From positions 36,142 to 100,141 of the forward strand of contig CAKVFH010000001.1 of the NCBI GenBank assembly GCA_934746515.1: a stretch of 64,000 nucleotides of DNA, in the 5' to 3' direction. The notes beneath the pieces are model-generated. The model saw nothing but the letters and a program-made list of their open reading frames with translations, ran no database searches and was not told where the DNA came from. The DNA is from an uncultured Clostridia bacterium. Its GTDB lineage: Bacteria > Bacillota > Clostridia > Christensenellales > UBA1242. Positions 59,201 to 62,200 of the stretch are shown in pieces (the stretch's first letter is position 1; each line of letters opens with the position of its first letter). A program made the translations under genes and the position numbers.

Positions 59201-62200
59201 AACAGTTTCGCTTTTAGCAATTGGTTTTGAGCTAAAGTTATATGTGATTCCGGCATTTGTATATGATTGAATTCCATAATACAAGTAGCATGTTGATTCG
59301 GTGTTGTCAGAAGTAACTTCATCAGTCCAATCACCTGAACCAGATCCTGAAACTGTTTTTCTTTGTTTTATTTTGATGTCAGCAGCAAACTTGAGTTTAT
59401 AGTGTCCGCCTTCATATTTACAAGAATAAACTTGACTGGTTGAATCATTAGCTTCTTTCGATGTGTCAGTGTCATAAATTAAAATATTTCCATCATAATA
59501 TAAAGCTTTTAAGCTGCCAGTGTAAGCTGTGCCACAATTTTCATCTTGATATAAATCTACTTTTCCAATAATTAAATCGTCAGGGTTGAGATAGACATTT
59601 TTTTCAATCTGAATTATTCCATTTTCAAGCATGCTTAACGTTTTTTGCATAGCAAAATAATATTTTCCGTTATCGTTTACAACATAACCATTATTAACAA
59701 GTTTATCATCTGAAACCCTATAACTTGTGTGCATAAGTGCATCAACAAATGGTTTATACATCCTGAGATTTCCATTTATGTAAACTGGGCTCGTTGTTGA
59801 GAAGAATACATTATAGTCAGCTTCAGCATTGAGAGTCTTCATGTAATCATTTTTAATATAGTAATTTGCAACCTTGAATTGTGAATTATAATTTGAATCA
59901 TAATACAAATCAAAATTCAAACCATCATTACTATTTCTGAAACCTGTTATTGCATTACTAGCATCAAAATTAGGGATAGCTTTTGGATAGAGATATTCAT
60001 CATTATACAAAAGGGCATCAAGTTTCATTGAACTTTCATAAGCACTGAGTGAAATTGAAGTCATTGAGCTTGAAAAATATGTATTGTAAATTTGGTTAGC
60101 TTTTTTTCCGTCGCTGATAACAAGATATTTGAAGCTATCAGAAGTTTTTCCACCATAAACAAATTTTTTGGCAACGATATCATCTGTTGCGTGATCGCTA
60201 CCTGGAGTGCCATAAATTGTCACAATACTTCCAGTTGAAGATTCACTTGCGTGACTTGTCAATCTTGTGTCATAAGTTGAGCCAAATGAAAGAGTAATTT
60301 TATCGTCTGCATCCATTGAAATTTCATAGTGAACAGATGAGAATAATTTTGAACCACTTGTATACAAGTCAAGAGAAGAATCAAGAACATAAAGGGAAAT
60401 TGTTTTAGAATTTGATTGAGCCGTTCCAGTTGTATTTGTTAAAACAGTTGAATCAAATGGTTGCAAAGCATTCAGTGAATTTCCAGTGGTATAGTGCTCC
60501 TTTCCAATAAGATTTTGATTAAACGCTGCACAACCTGAACCATAAGAACGAGAGATTGTTGTTTGATATAAATCAATTTTAAGTCTTGTTTTGAAATAAT
60601 TTGAAAGTTTGATTGTTGCTGTGCCGTCATCTTCACGATTAAACACATAAGTGTCGGAATAGTTCCAAACTTTTGTGCATGCAATATCAGTATAAATATT
60701 GTTTTTAACAGGATTTACATAGAAAAATCCAAAATAATATCTGCTAAAGATAATTTTTCTGTTTGCAATATCACAAGATTTCAATTCAGCAAAGCCAAGT
60801 TCTTTAAATACATCAACTTCATTTACAAGTTCTGATGTAACATAAAGCTTATATTTTCCAGTAGACTGATCTTTGTTTACAAAATAGGTGATACCATTGA
60901 TTGTTACACCATAACGGCCGATAATCATTTCAGAGAAATTTGAAGAAATCGCAAATGAAATAGAATTATAATTTTGTTGATTTTTTTCTGATTCCAAACT
61001 ATTCCAAACCAAGAACCAGTCTTCTTGGTTTACGTCTGATGAAATAGTTGAATAGATTTTACCTTTATAGTAGTAAAGTTCTTTATTAAAGTAATAAAAA
61101 CTATAAATTTTTTCATCGTCATTAAGGTTATCGCCATCATAATTTTCAATATAAACTCGAGTTGCAGTTTTTCTTAAAACATCTGAACTTAAGTTCAATT
61201 CAAAATCAGTCAAACTCAAGTTTAGTGTTTGCTCAACAGTGATGCCATAGATAAATTTATCAAGGACTTCGCCGTTTGCATTAACACCAGTTTTTGTTGG
61301 CCCAAAAAGAGAGAATGAGTTGTTAGATTTATTATAGTCAACGAAAGGTGTGTCACTAATCAGAGATTGAAGATAAGATTTATTGTTATCAAAAATAATT
61401 TCATTGTAATATCTTGTGATTGTGCCTGTTGTGTGATCTTCATTTTCTTTGCCTGCATTAAGTTCAAATTTGCCGGTATAAGCATAATCTTGGTCAACAA
61501 AATAGAAGAAATTTAAGAACGAAATATTTTCTTGAGTGTTAAAATAAACTGAACCATTGTAATACAAACAATCTTCACTTGATTGCAATTGTTGCAATTG
61601 TTCTTCTGTCAAACCAGAAATATCGCTATACAAATAGCCAGTTCTAGTCATTGCCACTTGTGATTGAACATTATCTTGATCACGAATTTTGTCAAGTTTT
61701 AAAAGGGTATATGAAGATGCCGAAGCATTCACTTTGCCCGAACCATCAGTGCCATAAACCGCACAAATCATATTGTGAGTTGTAAGACTTTGATACATGT
61801 AGTTGTAGCTGTTAGTTCCATTCAATTTTTTGTAATAGTAAACGAATTCTTCACCAGTATCTTTAAGTTTAAAGTAGCTTCTGTCATTACTTGATGTAAT
61901 TTTTGTTGAAGCTATTGTTTCAGTGTTGAAGAAATAATAACATGGAATGATTTCACCATCAACTTCATCAATAAACTTGATGATTGTTCCATTTTTTCCA
62001 TTTGTATCTAAACTATTGCTGTTTGCGTAAACTGTTGGGGCATAGGTATTGTTATCAGTAACAAGGTTATATTTGTCAATTGAGTAATTGCTTGGCATAA
62101 CAACTGAAACATAAACGGTTGTCTTTACACAGCCAAGAGCATCAATTGTGGTTGTGACAGATTTGATAACTTCATAAGAAACACCAACTTCACTTGCATC